DNA of 63,942 bases, filler included, from Phoronis australis (Eukaryota; Animalia; Phoronida), in the NCBI GenBank assembly GCA_002633005.1. It is 4 parts of 4 records of this genome, joined end to end, with 100 filler letters (N's around TTAATTAATTAA, not from the genome) between each part and the next. Parts side by side here need not be neighbours in the genome. Positions count along the whole stretch, not along the records: positions 21,236 to 48,412 come from NMRA01001319.1; 3 more parts are not named here. One strand, 5' to 3'. Numbering within the stretch: position 1 is the first letter of the stretch; every line of letters starts with the position of its first letter. The translations under genes and the position numbers were made by a program. This document shows positions 25,922-39,701 of this stretch, in pieces. Under the pieces are notes generated by a model, which was not told the DNA's origin, did not search any database, and saw nothing but the letters and a program-made list of their open reading frames with translations.

Positions 25922-28469
25922 TATGTTCATGTTTTTCATCTTCTGAATTCCTGAATATAAAATTTGGCAAGTAGTAGGTAAACGATGACACCTTATCACT
26001 TTTTGGACAGATTTGATCCATTCTACACTGCGTAGTGGCCATTTATACAATGCTAATAAATATTCCCTAAAAACACACTGTGCGTTACAGTTGTGGACGC
26101 TTGCAACACTTGACCTCTCCAACAGTACAAAGAAAGCTGAATGTAAAACTTGTGGCAGCTAAAGCTCATACAAAAGGTGTTTTTTAATGTGTCAAAGGTC
26201 AGACATTTTATGAAAGCATGCTTATACCCATAAGTCTTTGCTACTGATCTAGGACAATGACTATGAAATGTCATGTTACTCCCAACTATGGATATACCTA
26301 AGAGATTCCATTATTTGTTGTTGTTTTCACAGGTTCTTGAGTTGGTAACCAGCTTGCAGACTCACATGGTTTAGGTGAGAAATGGAGAGGAGTTTGAAAG
26401 GTCAAAAAAACAGTGACATTGTCATGGCAGTTTACTAATGTCATGACAGATAAATGGTATAGTATCTACGGTGAAGTTTCTTCAACTTAGAACACAGTAT
26501 AGCAAAACAGTAAAATTTTATTTTATCAAAATTTGCAACTAGACAATAAACAAGACATTTTACACGATTATCTGAAACTTATGTAGCATGGCTGTTATCA
26601 GCAAACACATGATGAAATTTTGAACGTTTTTTTTTTGGCAAAACAGTGAGCGTTTCAAAATGAAATAATGACTGTTTTGGCCATTATTTTTGTTGGAATT
26701 TGAGGAAACTTTACCGTATTCGCTGAATCAAAAAGTGGTTCAGTTAGGGAAATATGGATCAACACCTTATGTGCTACATATAACTCTATGTGAAATATTT
26801 GTGTGGCATAATGACTAATGATTTCCAGATAGGAAAACAAGGTGCAAGTAGATGGTGAAATGTCATTTATTGCACAATACGAAATTTAAAATACTAGGAA
26901 AATTATGGTATAAATGTCTGGAAGATGGGAAATCAATCAAAGTGCGCCCTGGCAGATTAGCAAGGAGAACGAATTTTGGTGGCCTAATCAATAATAATCA
27001 ACTTCAAGTTATATGAGTGCTTAAGAGCTGGTCTGTTTTTTTCAAAAACCTAATGCATATGTTATCATTCGATCAATTCACAAAAGAAGCCCGGTATTAT
27101 GTATATCTGGCTTTTTATCTGAAAATGTTAGAATAGTTGACGTTTGTCTGCTAGTTTGCCACATTGAGACAATTGTGGCGTGGAACATTAATGAATAGTG
27201 GCCGAGTGGTGGCGGGCATGACAACTAGAAAAACTCATCCATCATGAATACAGTAGAAACGAATGAAAAGAGTAATAAAATCATGAGCTCGTTCAGGTTA
27301 TGCTCGAGTTTGTTCCCTAACGGACTACTTAAAAGTATACTAGGTAGCACTAGAGTGGCAACAACCCTACCTGGGACGCATTCCAAATTCCAAAATATGC
27401 ACATTTAAAGCTAGCGGGATAATGTGCTTCTCTTACAATTTACACAAAATCTTATTTATAGCAACAAACGTGCTTTATGGAATGCAGCCCTCTTGGAGTG
27501 CAGTCAGGTAGTCACTGTGAGTTCACATGTCACGTGCTGACAAACTAATGGCTCTTGGTCTATTCAGGTGTTGAAAGAGAAATATTTAGTCATTTGCACT
27601 TGCGTCTACCAGGTGAATACAAAATCTTCCATTAATGGGGAAATGCAGTAAAACTTACATACCTATGTCAGAATTTCACTTTATTCTGACTAACTCGAGT
27701 TCAAGGGTATGGTTGTTATTTGTGCTCTCAGCCCTCTGTCATACTTGGGTAAAATCTCTTGATCCAGTTGAATCAGTATTAATTATGTACGTTTTTTTGT
27801 TATTCGAATGAATAGTGGAAAAGGTGAAAAATTGTGCTGAGAAATAAGTAAATAATTATATAATTGTGAAAAATGAAATCAATGCTTTAAAAGTAAATAT
27901 TATATTTTTAAGTTGCACATGACTGTTTTCGTTTGGTAGCTTTGATTGATAGCGTACAAAGTTGTATACGGATGAGTAAATATCTGTGAGTGTCGGGCCA
28001 TGTTATTTTGCACCATGTTTATTGTAGCTTTGAAAGGAAAAGCAACCATCACACAGCGTTGCATTATTTGTCCAAAATGCACTATTCACTGATGGGAAAA
28101 GGTAATGACACAAATACACTCTACCCACCAAAAGTTCCCGTATCATGGCAGAGTGACTGGCCATAATGGATCATTTCAGCTTCTCTGTTGTGTTGCCCTT
28201 GTGCTCAGCCACGATAACTGGAAATTCGAGACAAAGTTTTGTCTGATAAGCTTTGGCATATGTTGAATGAGAATATGTATGCGATGTATTTGTAACTTGC
28301 AAAGTACTGTTTACACTATTTTTCACAAAAGCAAATGATGTTAATTTATAGTTGTACCTGTTGCAATATTACTGGGTCCGTCCCATGTGCAAAATACATA
28401 AGTGCAAAAATATGCAACATGCATCAAACAAGACTTGATATTAGCAGCCAGTTGTATTGACACGATATC

Positions 28470-28905
28470 ACAATAGTGCCGTTTACACTACAAAAGTTGA
28501 CATGGATCAGCTGACACAGAACGAGATGTTCCAGTGTGTAAACAGGACTGACACGGACCAAACTGACACTGCAGTGACAACTTTTGCCACCCGTTCGTGA
28601 GGTGGGGCAATTTGCACTCGAACATCTTGCTCCGAGTCAATTATATGTCTAAACACGAAACTGGGACAAGGCGGCAAGGATCATCTCTACTGCGCTTGAG
28701 CAATGACCTACATACGGGTTCTCTGTCTCTGCAACTCCCGCTATTTGAAAACCTGTGCATGTGCATTCCACTCTCCAGCGTACAACTTCCGTCTTGCCAC
28801 AGTTAATGAAATTGTGTGACTGTGTAAACGGCCACTTGACACCGATCGAGTTGCTCCGTGTCAGTTGCTCCGGGCCAAAAGTTTATGTGTAAACAGGACT
28901 ATTGT
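28470..28905. mobile_element. MITE, PIF/Harbinger-like
   Basis: Imperfect TIRs ACAATAGTGCCGTTTACAC / GTGTAAACAGGACTATTGT and internal GTGTAAAC subrepeats; no convincing coding frame. Confidence 0.7.
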
Positions 28906-31482
28906 TCTGCAAACATTTCCAACAGCAATCTAGTTTAGCAGAAAATGAGGTAGCATACAGTGTAATACAATTACACGTGCTTAGTGCATAAACTAATTAC
29001 ATTCCTTTGTGAGCATGATTCAGATCTTTTCTAAAATATACATTGTCAATTCTCAAAATCATGTTTTCAAATCTTTGACCATCACCGAGTGCCAACAGTT
29101 CTAGTCATGTTGCCTCTATTTGGCAGAAATGGATTTTTAGTCAATAGAAGGTTTGACTACGTTTTAGTTACAATGATATGCAATTATTTTATAAGCTGAC
29201 AGTATTATGGAAAAATTTGAAGAGCAACAGAGCAAACTTTCAAAGGTCCACTTAACGATTTAAAGTGACAGACATGGTACAGTTGTAAATTCAAACAAAA
29301 AAACAAATGACAACTGAATGACAAGTTTCAATTACCTCCTTCCCTGCCAACACAATAGAGAGCCACCTGGCTCTGCGGTCAACAGGCACATAGTCTTATG
29401 ACAATGAGGTGCCATAAAGGATTCCATAATGTGACCAAGCAGCAGGACAGGATTCAATGGGCTATTGTGTTTGCATTTAGTAAACTGAAAGTGTTATACA
29501 ATCACTCCCACAGTCAATTTTTGCCTGCACTAGGTTCCTCATGAAATGCCTACCTCATAGTAAAATCCTACTAAACTAACAGTTCTAACTTGCCGTACTT
29601 CACAACTTCTTCTATTAAACGTTATATTGAAACAACTCAAAACTGCTTGATAATGAGATTTGATGGTTCCTCAAGGTAATAACCATTAAATACTGTAATA
29701 GTAAACCCAGAACAAAACAATACACTAAGGAACGGAATACACGGAAAAAGATGTAAAACTAGTCAAATAAGGGAAGAATACATAGCAAATGCTAATCTCA
29801 GAAATGTAATGGCAATAGTCGCCCAAACCACTGTGGAATAAAATGATTTTTTACACAAGATTCACATATCTCCAAACCTCCATGGACACATACGACTGAC
29901 CATTCACAAGTGTATGAAATGAGTGCTTTGAGAGATGAGGGAATGAGGCGTACTCCAAGCATTCACTTTTGATGTCTGAAAAATTATGAAGCGAAAAAAA
30001 ATTCAATGCTCAATCTGTTGCTTTTTTTACAACAAAACTATATGGAGAATTTTTCGACAATAATCGCTGTATTTAATGCAGTGAACAGATGAACAACAAC
30101 AGTGACACTTAATGCAGTCACAGTGTTTAATTAATGCTGGCCAGTAAAAATAACATTTTGTATTCCTTTCAGGTGAGGAAAAAGTATGTTTCGTACACTC
30201 ATCAAAGTGGCAATTACTGTGTAAGGTTTCCATGATGACAGACAGTAAAACAAAATTAGATTTTTTATACAGTAAAGTTCTTCAACACTGTAAAACAGCA
30301 GGATAAATGTAAAATGTGTACAGAACACTTTAAACTACAGAGAATGTAGATCTAACATGAGGTCAAAAAACAACAGTTAAGAAATCAAAGCTGGTAAGAA
30401 CCCTCCTTGTCTAAAACACTAACTATTGACTTAGACCACTTATTGTTACAACACTGGTCAAATTTGTTCTCCAAGGCTTCATCACAATACAACTCGGCAA
30501 ACACGCGAGTATGAGAAATTTTTGACATTCACTTGAATATGCTGATTTCGTCCTAACTGATGCTTCGAATTTATTGCTATTCGGTATGAATTCCCTCCAT
30601 ATATTCTCTCGTTAAGCCATTCGCCAGAAATATTGAGTGTATGAAAGATTTTGCAAGTCATTTACTTCCGATTCTTGCATTCGCTATAGTTTGATGGCGC
30701 CTTTGCTCAAACGAGAAGAGATTCCTGGTCTTGTAAAGACCTGATAGCACATTGCTACTGGAAACTGAGGTCTGAAGCAATCATGAAATAGACATTTTTT
30801 TCTAAGAAATCGCGTTTAACCTGAGTAACAATCTGGGTGTGGAATTTTCCTCTTTTAACAATGAGGATTTCCTGTGTTTTGGTTTCGATTTCCTCTTATT
30901 TGATTTCCAGTTTCCTTTTTACTTTAAGTCTCTTTTTATCATTATTTTAACTTTATTTAAGCAAAGATGTTTCTTGCAGTTAAACTTTAAAACACAAAAT
31001 ATTTCTATCACATAACCCTATTTATTTGTAGAAAAATGCTTCATTTTTATCATGGGTCGTTCCAAGCCCTGGCCGAGTAAGTTGAGTGGTAAGTGGTCTG
31101 AATCAAAATTAAGTGTTTTTGATCATAGAAGGTGGGTTTAAAACCAGTTTAAATAATTATGCTGTACATCGTTCAATGAAAACCACACAATAAACCTTCA
31201 ACACTCTGGTTAAGTGTAAACACACTGCACAACAATTTCATTTTTCAAAGACGACCACGCAATAACTTTTGAACGCTGACAAACAAGGATGAACACATAG
31301 AAGGTGAAAAGATTAGACTGGCGAAGACTAGCAAGATCTAGTCAAACTTGCAAGAAACTAGCCTAAGCTTACTGAACACATCACAGTTAAGGTTCACAAT
31401 CTCTTCATAAATATAGTAGAATTTAATGCCCATTTGAATAAGGAAATAATTTGATTTCAACTGGACAGGTTTTGTTTCGAGG

Positions 31483-31594
31483 TCAAGAAAGCTCGCTTGT
31501 CTTAGCTGCAATTTTCTCTTCATAACTCTCAAGTAGTTGCACTATGTCAGTTTTGTTGAACTTTTTGGCTTCATCCAGTGGAGTGGATCCCCAC
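31483..31594 (-). CDS. GLS: Glutaminase terminal exon (ankyrin repeat end, stop)
   Basis: WGSTPLDEAKKFNKTDIVQLLESYEEKIAAKTSELS*; TAG acceptor, phase consistent with the previous exon. Confidence 0.9.
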
Positions 31595-32359
31595 CTACAA
31601 ATTGAAGGACAGACAGGTAAGGGTAGTCCTAATTAACATGTACCTTAGTTAAATAACAATATCATTGTATTAAGGATGAACAGAATGACACATCAAAGAC
31701 TTGGATTAATTCTTGAATTATGAATTGGTATTCTTATAAGTAAAGCTCTGTACACGTTACTAGAAAATTTTCATGATTGTACAAACTGTAAAACAGTACT
31801 GTATGCACACAAAACAGGCATAGCTAAATTTAAAAATAGATATTATGTAACAATGTATGTCTGAACTTCTAGATGTTTTACCCAATCACCCAAGCAATGA
31901 TTCCAAATATATTTATAAGTGGTTGTGACACTAATGTGCTGCTACCTGGTGGTGTACAGAGGTACTTATATTGTAGTTCTTATAGTGACTCATTCAATTT
32001 GCAGATTTAGAAGAATTAACCATGGCAAACATGTTTACATGAAGGCAATCTTCCTCTCATGTCTCAAATATATACAGTAGGCAGAAAATAACTAGACAAT
32101 TAAATTTGGTCTTGACAAAAAAGGGGTCGTCATGACTCGCCAATTTGTTTACTGCAGCCGCTTGCACAGGATTCATATGATGGGGAATTCCGTCTGTGCT
32201 CTACAGCTCACTTTGGTTCTTAATTTTTGGGGCGCATAGTACGGGACTAGTTAAACTAGTCCGAGGTGCAGATACAAGAGGTTAAAACCCATGTCCGTCC
32301 ACTGTCAGGCACCCATCTAGTCATCACCCTGGATCCCCACCTACATCCATTCCACCCAC

Positions 32360-32500
32360 CTGTCCCTGGGGTTGGGCTTGACCTTACACCTCTCCAGTAA
32401 GTAGTGTACAATATCGTAGTGTCCCTCGCTGGCTGCCACATGAAGCGCTGTCCTCTGGTCATAGTCCACGCAATCCATGTCCATACCTTTCAACATGTAC
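32360..32500 (-). CDS. GLS: Glutaminase exon (ankyrin repeats)
   Basis: YMLKGMDMDCVDYDQRTALHVAASEGHYDIVHYLLERCKVKPNPRDR; AG/GT boundaries, 141 bp. Confidence 0.93.
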
Positions 32501-33180
32501 CTGAAGGATAGTTGAAGGGCAGATTTCAAATCTGGTCAAGAACATTCAATGCCTAAGGAGTTCACAAAACTAACAAAAAGCACGACTAACAATTTCTATG
32601 TAATGACAAAGGTATTAACCAGTTTTTGCAATCATTGCAAAAAATAGCAGCACTTTCAGAGGATGCAACAATTATGGTTAATTAAACTATGGAAGTAAAA
32701 GTGCAAATGACTTTGCAATCGCGGACAGTTTTGGCAAACAATAAGCAATTTCAAATGACTGCTTCTCTCCTAATCACTGCATGACAACATGAGGAACAAA
32801 GATCCTGTAGGGTTATTATGTGATACACAGAAGAGAACCAGTCAATCACAGTCACTTTATTTTATAAACCAGTCCAACAACATTAAAACCAGATGAAGCA
32901 GGAGTTCTTTGTGTTTTTGCTACACTGAACAGTTGTATGTAATTGTAGGATGTCCACTGTTCCTTATTAGATGATTCTGATGCTACTGTGGTACTGATGT
33001 CAGTTATACAATCAAACTGCATTACAACATTTCTGCCTTGTAAGGTTTGCTTGCTCGAAGTGTTCCAACCCAAATATATAGTTCAGAAGTCGATTTGGTT
33101 ACAGCTAACTTCAGCTGAACAAAGTGTTTTAGACAAGTCACAGAGAGTTTGGTGTAACTTGATTTGACTAAGTGTATACA

Positions 33181-33592
33181 TTATCACCTACCGTCATATG
33201 GTACTGATATCACCGTAGTAAGATGTTCACTACATCACCTACCATTGTATGGTGCTGATATCACCATGGTAAGCATGTCTACTTTATCACCTACCAAGGT
33301 GTGTTACTGATAACTCCATGGTGAGGATGTTTGCTTATATCACCAACCGTCATATGGTACTGATATCACTGTGATATCATCTTCTATATCTGCTACTACC
33401 TACCATTGTATGGCACTGACATCACTGTGGTAAGATTGCTATATCCCTTATTATCTAGTCATACGGTGCTGACATCACCATAAGGATGTTTGCTTTATCA
33501 CCTACCGTGGTATAAAACTGATACCATGTAAGGATGTTCCCTATATCCAATATCACCTACCTCCGTATGGTACTGATATCACCATGGTAAGC
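33181..33592. repeat. Minisatellite of about 52 bp derived from the GLS exon end plus 5' splice site (7 intronic copies and the exonic copy)
   Basis: ATCACCTACC...ATGGTACTGATATCACC..GGTAAG recurs at about 33183, 33234, 33286, 33338, 33396, 33451, 33497 and 33552. Confidence 0.9.
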
Positions 33593-33715
33593 TCCAAACA
33601 ACAGCTGCACAACATCATAAGCTTGGTCAGTCATGTCGACATTCCTGGGGTCTTTCTTACGTTCTGTGTTCTTCAGGTTGTCGTAATTATGAAAGTTGAA
33701 CTTGTTCACCAGCTC
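33561..33715 (-). CDS. GLS: Glutaminase exon
   Basis: ELVNKFNFHNYDNLKNTERKKDPRNVDMTDQAYDVVQLLFGAYHGDISTIR; 155 bp, AG/GT. Confidence 0.93.
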
Positions 33716-34561
33716 CTGGGTCAAACAATGACACAGTGATCATGGTAGTGTAATGCTAGATCAAGCTAGTGCTTTGCAAGTAAGCTTGCAACTTTATTAG
33801 CACACACAAGCAGAATCGCCGCCACTGAAGGAGATTGGACACTGCAGCTATGTCAATTAGGAAAAAACGGTATGTTAAGATACTGAATACTTACCATTTC
33901 CAGTGTATATACTAAGATTTTTTTCTGCCAGTCTCCCACATTACTAGCATTTAGTGAACGAGAATCAAAATGTAGATGACCATTTATCCAGGTGAATTAA
34001 GTCTTTTTCCACAAAATTTAATAGGTATATTTAAGGGGCAGTCCCAGGAGATCTGGGTCCCCCTGGTTGAGACATGATTGTGCGGTTTTAGAGGTTAAGT
34101 GAACATTTTTGCAGATAAAAAATCGTGGTTGGGCTCTACACGCGACATCCTAAATCCGCCGATAGATTTATAAATTGTTACATCCAAAATCACATCTTTT
34201 GTTAAAAGTACACTGTTTAGTAAATACTCCTTCCCACCCTGAATTCTCTTAGAAGCATTCTCAAAGATTAGTGTTTTCTTTAAAGAAAGAAGTAAGATGT
34301 CATGATCCATGAAAAATGAGATTCATAAACTTACAGAACAGGAAACCAATCTGAAGCATACAAGCTCTTGCGCCATAACTGCAGCATTATCAAGCAGTGA
34401 AACATCCGATACTGTTTGAAATTATTCCCTGCATTCGTATTTATCATTTTTGTGGTCCGAAAAGCAAAGCAAAGCTTAATAATTGTGTTATGTTGAATTA
34501 GGTGTAAATTAAAATGCCCGCATGACCTACCATAAAATATGCATTGAACTTGAAACATTTT

Positions 34562-34988
34562 AACAAAAGACTATTGTAATTGTTATAAAAGCAATGCGAA
34601 ATGCACCCACAACTGCATCGCATACAGTGTGCCACTTGGAGTGTTTCCAGTATCATAAAAATGGCCAATAGATGGCACAGAATACCTCAAATCCGTCCAA
34701 AATTGGAAAGGTGTCATAGTCTCTAACACAAAACTATTTCTCAAAAACCACCAGGGAATTCCAAAGATATAGAGCCAAGCATAAAAAATAAAATTGTCAC
34801 TAGAAGACACCGCAGTAGTTAGAGCCATCTAAAAAGTCATGGGCAGCCATTGTCACATTTATAGGGAAACACATGCAAAAGTTCATAAGATCCTGTAAGG
34901 CGTTTGCAAAATGCAGTACCGGATGCCAGATGCTCAGACAAAGATGATGGCATTATGCAGCCACATATAAATAAGTGGGCACATAAAA
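34562..34988 (-). mobile_element. Old diverged HINE copy of the 22803 family
   Basis: Reverse-complement matches to both ends: GAAATGCACCCACAACTGCATCGCATAC and GCATTATGCAGCCACATATAAATAAGTGGGCACATAA. Confidence 0.65.
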
Positions 34989-35623
34989 ATTGTACTATTC
35001 CTGCAAAAATTAGTGCAACAAAGAAAAGAGCAAAGTAGGTGACTGACTTTGTATTAAGATGTCTATGAACCTATCCATTTCAGAGGAATGAGGATAGGTA
35101 CGGTGGAAAGGCAATGCTTCAAAACCTTACTTTGAAGGGCAACACATGTATAATATAGTTCCTACAACACGTTAAAACACCACTCAGACCACAGTGGAGT
35201 CACAATTTGACAAAATAAATGTACTTATCGATCAAGCGTATTACTAGACTTTTACATAGGTCGATGCGAAAATTATTTCAAACAGCTGTGAGCAACATCC
35301 GCTTACATCGGTGTTCCATTTAATGTATTCCAGTACCCGAGACAGATACGCACTTCTACTGAGGGCACCAGCGAATGTTCAAAACTACTGTGTTCATTGG
35401 TCAATCTTTTTTTTGCTCTTTACCATAATAACACAATATAGCATGAAAAGGCTACCTCATGTACCAACTGACTTGCCCAAGTGTTTAAATTGTGTTTTGT
35501 TGTGCATTGCTAAAGCATTGCTCGGACTATCCGGAAAGTCAAACACATTTAGAGTAATAACAATCCCTTCGAGATAGGCTTTAAAGACGTCCATGTTAAT
35601 GTTATGTTAGTATTGTTATTTAC

Positions 35624-35755
35624 ATCACAGAACTGTAGTCCTCGGCATGAGTTACCATAGGTATCAAGAGGTGGCGACCAAAGACAGATGCCCATCACGT
35701 TGGGAATCACAACAAGGATAGCACCGGAGACCCCTGACTTGGAGGGTAGCCCGAC
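35624..35755 (-). CDS. GLS: Glutaminase exon
   Basis: VGLPSKSGVSGAILVVIPNVMGICLWSPPLDTYGNSCRGLQFCD; 132 bp. Confidence 0.96.
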
Positions 35756-36050
35756 CTAGGAATGAAGAGAACACGAGTAACTTATTACAAACCTTAGTTT
35801 TCACAAATACTAAGAAATTTAGAGTTAAATTCTTTGAAATCATTAGTTATGCAGAAAACATGCTAGTTGTTTGGGACATAAATGGCAATTTTGAAATTCT
35901 TTAAAACATCCAGTTAAGTTTCTTATATTAAATACAGGAACAATTGTCTAGAAGAATAGATTCATTTCCATTCATTGTTACTATGCCTGAAAGAATGAAT
36001 GTCCGAGCTTTAGTTGTTATCAGTCACAAGTTCTCTGTGTTGCTACTCAC

Positions 36051-36227
36051 ACTAAATGCAAACTGGCCTGAATAGTCGTACATGCCACAGGAGTGCATGA
36101 GGGAAAGTGTGTTGCGAACAGATGTGGCACCAAACACTGACTCGTCTGTGATTGGGCAAATTCCACCATTAGCCAAAGTCGACGCCATGACAGCAGCAGA
36201 TTCGCAAGTGACCTCTATGGAGCACAT
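36051..36227 (-). CDS. GLS: Glutaminase exon
   Basis: [27 protein letters not shown]...[14 protein letters not shown]; 177 bp. Confidence 0.97.
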
Positions 36228-36696
36228 CTGTAAGTTCACAAGCAATGGATGAAAAGGAAAGGCAGGATGGATTTTGAAAACTTTTCGATTTTGAAAAAGA
36301 TATCTAATAGCACGAATGACCAAACAAGATCTATGTAGCATTTTGTCTGCTAATAGAAATACAATTTTCACAACAGTTGGTACCTGTAAAGTACAATTTT
36401 CATCAGTCCTATACAATAAAGTAGACAAATGAGTTAGGCAAATTCTTAAAACATCTTAAGAACCAAGTGCAGAAACTAAAACAACCATAGCATTGAACTT
36501 TATTTAACTTATAAATAAGAAGATCCGATTTAAGGGTTTTACAGTTAAGACAGCTTTGCCAAACACTGGTCTATGCCTTTACACTTGAGAATTAAAACCA
36601 GAATTTTATGTGACTGTTGTCTAGTTTGGGTTAAAAAATGGAAGGCTCGCAAGCATTGCGAGCAAGCATAATGCTCAGGACTGTGGCAAGATTTAC

Positions 36697-36747
36697 CTGG
36701 AAGTAGAAATCTAGCGTCTGTATCAGATCTGTGCCTGAAGGAAAACA
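36697..36747 (-). CDS. GLS: Glutaminase exon
   Basis: CFPSGTDLIQTLDFYFQ; 51 bp, CAG/GTAAAT. Confidence 0.93.
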
Positions 36748-37152
36748 CTGTAAATAGAATGATTACATTTTTAATATAGAGGTTGTGTCTTAGTAATTTA
36801 TTCACAACAATGAAAATTTTGAAAAGAATTACAAAGCACATTTTTTGTTCTTGTATTGAGAAATATGTAATTCAGTTTCTCTTGAAAATCTAGCTAAATA
36901 CTGGAAAGCTCAATCGTTTCTAAAATGTAGGTATAAGCTGACCATTTTACAGAAGTTCATAAAAACTCAATCACAGTCACGTCCTAGCAAATTTAACTGT
37001 ACCAAGCAGAGTTCAAAAGTCACCAGTGTTGATGGTTCACAAGTCAGGAGGTTAATCTTTTAAACCAGACATGGAGCAGTTCTTACTGGCAGAATGACAA
37101 AACAGTTAGTAAGGCTAAAAATAAATTATCAAATCCAACACTATTCACTCAC

Positions 37153-37219
37153 ATCATTTTCTTTCATATAATAGCCAAGAGCAAAGTTTCTGTCAGCAGT
37201 TTCTCTTTCAGATAGAAAC
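37153..37219 (-). CDS. GLS: Glutaminase exon
   Basis: FLSERETADRNFALGYYMKEND; 67 bp, CAG/GTGAGT. Confidence 0.94.
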
Positions 37220-37255
37220 CTGAAATTATGGCATTGTTACAAAATCATATTTCAA

Positions 37256-37630
37256 AATACTAAAAGTCCATACTAGAATGCGAATACTAAAAGTCTTTAT
37301 TAATAATTATCCAAACAATAAAAGTCCTTACTAGTGTACGAATACTACAAGTACTTACTAGTACCAGAATACTAAAAGTCCTTACTAGTGTCCGAATACT
37401 AATTCCTTACTAGTATCCAAATACTAAAAGTCCTTACTAGTATCAGAATACTAAAAGTCCTTACTAGTATCCAAATACTAATTTCTTACTAGTATCCAAA
37501 TACTAAAAGTCCTTACTAGTATCTGAATACTAAAAGTCCTCACTAATATACATATACCAGAAGAGCTTACTAGTTTGCAAATACTAAAAGTCCTTACTAG
37601 TATCCGAATACTAAAAGTCCTTACTAATAG
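37256..37630. repeat. Intronic minisatellite of about 27 bp, about 14 copies
   Basis: Unit AATACTAAAAGTCCTTACTAGTATCCA with a palindromic TACTAGTA core. Confidence 0.92.
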
Positions 37631-38301
37631 TATTCAAAAAAGGAGTTTTGAATTTAAAGCGGCGATAAACTTGCCTTCCAACACAAAAATCTAATTTTTG
37701 ATTTCGACCAGTGATTGCTATGAAATATCTATTCTCAAATTGTTGAATAGTCAAATTGGAGGAGATTTCAGTTTGTTATTGCTTGAGACCAAGCTCGATG
37801 AGCTGGGTTGTCATGATGCACCATGCATGACCTCAATGAATAATGGACTGTGCAAGTCCAGAAATCTCATCTCAGGAACAAGTTGAGACCATTTTAGAGT
37901 AGTAGGTGGTCAATTTTAAAACAAAGCACGTTTTTGTCCTTTTTTGAGAACTTCATACATCAGTTACCCGGCTTGAAAAACTTACTAAAATCTGTGAATC
38001 TAATTCTTCCTAAAATCTAGGTACATGCTACACATTGGCACTTTTTGACCACTTACTGTTACATTGGCCTCTCAAATTATTCCTTAGTAAAACTGGAGGT
38101 GATTTCAGGCATTAAGAAATGACACTTCCTTATTGTTAGAGACTCAGCTTAACAAGTTTGCTAGTCACAGCGTGTCATTTTATGTACTGGCCATAGACTC
38201 AAGGAACAACAAACTCTGTTATTTGCAAGCCCTGAAATCACTTTTCATCTGAGTAAAGAATGGTTACTCCTACCACAACAGTGCGCAAGTCAAGTACTTA
38301 C

Positions 38302-38360
38302 GTAGCGTTACTGAAACCGATGAATTCTTTTCCCGCAGATCTCAGTAACTCATGAGACAC
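38302..38360 (-). CDS. GLS: Glutaminase exon
   Basis: VSHELLRSAGKEFIGFSNAT; 59 bp, AAG/GTAAGT. Confidence 0.9.
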
Positions 38361-38724
38361 CTTTGCATAGAAAAGAAAATGGAAACATAGCTTCAATCTT
38401 AGAGATGTATCTAAATTGGACACTTAGGGATCATATACAACAAACACATCACAGCACCAGTCATCAGTGCAAAAGACGTCTTCCCACATGACCTAGAGAC
38501 ATTGTTCGCCTTCCAACGCGACAGGATATGAACCCCTAACAGTCAACCAGCACCTACCACATAGAAACATCTAAATGTCCTAACCCTTCTCTTTCAGACA
38601 AAATCCTTTCACTTATTAACCTTAAGTTAGTATTTCTGTCTGCTCTACCTCACACTAGCAGTTTTGCTAACGACACGTGTACAATACATTACAAAAAGAT
38701 CAGAAAACATTGTAATAAACATAC

Positions 38725-38816
38725 CCAAGAAAATCGGTCAGCCAAACTTTCGCCAGACTTCAGAAGTGAACAGAGAAGAACAGCCCCTGCATTCACCATG
38801 GGGTTGTGAGGTATTT
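38725..38816 (-). CDS. GLS: Glutaminase exon
   Basis: IPHNPMVNAGAVLLCSLLKSGESLADRFSW; 92 bp, CAG/GTATGT. Confidence 0.94.
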
Positions 38817-39537
38817 CTGAAACAGGACAATGCATAATGAACAGCAGCAGCAATTACACATTTCATGGTGATTTGTGAAATGGATGAAATAGAAAAGCTG
38901 TGGCAAAGGCACAAAGGTAGAGCTAAAGACATCTGTCTGTGTAAAGCTGGACCTAAATGGGAAATACCATGCATTATTCTAAATAGAAGGGCTAGTTTGT
39001 ACAGAAATCAAACTTTGCACCTTTGAAAAAGTTTGCTGACATTACGTGTCATCAGCTCACTTAACAAATACTTAACCAGTTACAGACTGGACAAGAAAAA
39101 GAGACCCACTTGTGGGCAGCCAAAGCTTGCACGACATAGTCACCTCTTTAAAAATTTTCAATGCATTTGTAGACTTTGTTTGCTCCCTAATATTTTTTCA
39201 AACAATTTTAAATACCTTTAATACGAGCACCTCTTTTACTTAAAATACACTTGAAAACTGGGCCCTTACTTCAATGAAAATAAGCAATTAGACTAAGTCC
39301 TTAAATCAGAGGCGTTGCATGAAAATGTCCCAATCTATTTTCAACAATTGAAAGAATTCAGCGTAGAGTTTCGTCTTGCTGTGTATCAAAGTTCAAATTT
39401 GACATAGCAATGAAGACAACGTACCAGACGAAAGAACAATCAGTGTTTGCACGCAGTCCGCAAATTCTCTGAAAACAACATAGTCGAGTCCCCATTGGGA
39501 CAGTTACATGCAACTGCGCCCTGTTTCCTATACTCAC

Positions 39538-39701
39538 GTTGTTTATTTAGGGCTATGGCACTGAATGGTAGACCGCTTGGCTCTTGCCCCACATAGTTGT
39601 GGACGACATCCGACCCCAGCTCGTTCAGAGCTAAGGCGTACATAAACGGCTTACTACATGACTGCAGACAGAAAGGATAGGACGTGTCGCCGATAGAATA
39701 T
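39538..39701 (-). CDS. GLS: Glutaminase exon with catalytic S-x-x-K and activation loop
   Basis: YSIGDTSYPFCLQSCSKPFMYALALNELGSDVVHNYVGQEPSGLPFSAIALNKQ; 164 bp. Confidence 0.96.

Noticed and set aside
22520-26042. Duplicated ORFs of 60-165 aa as paralogous genes
   Set aside because: They lie within the two HINE copies and reflect repeat sequence.
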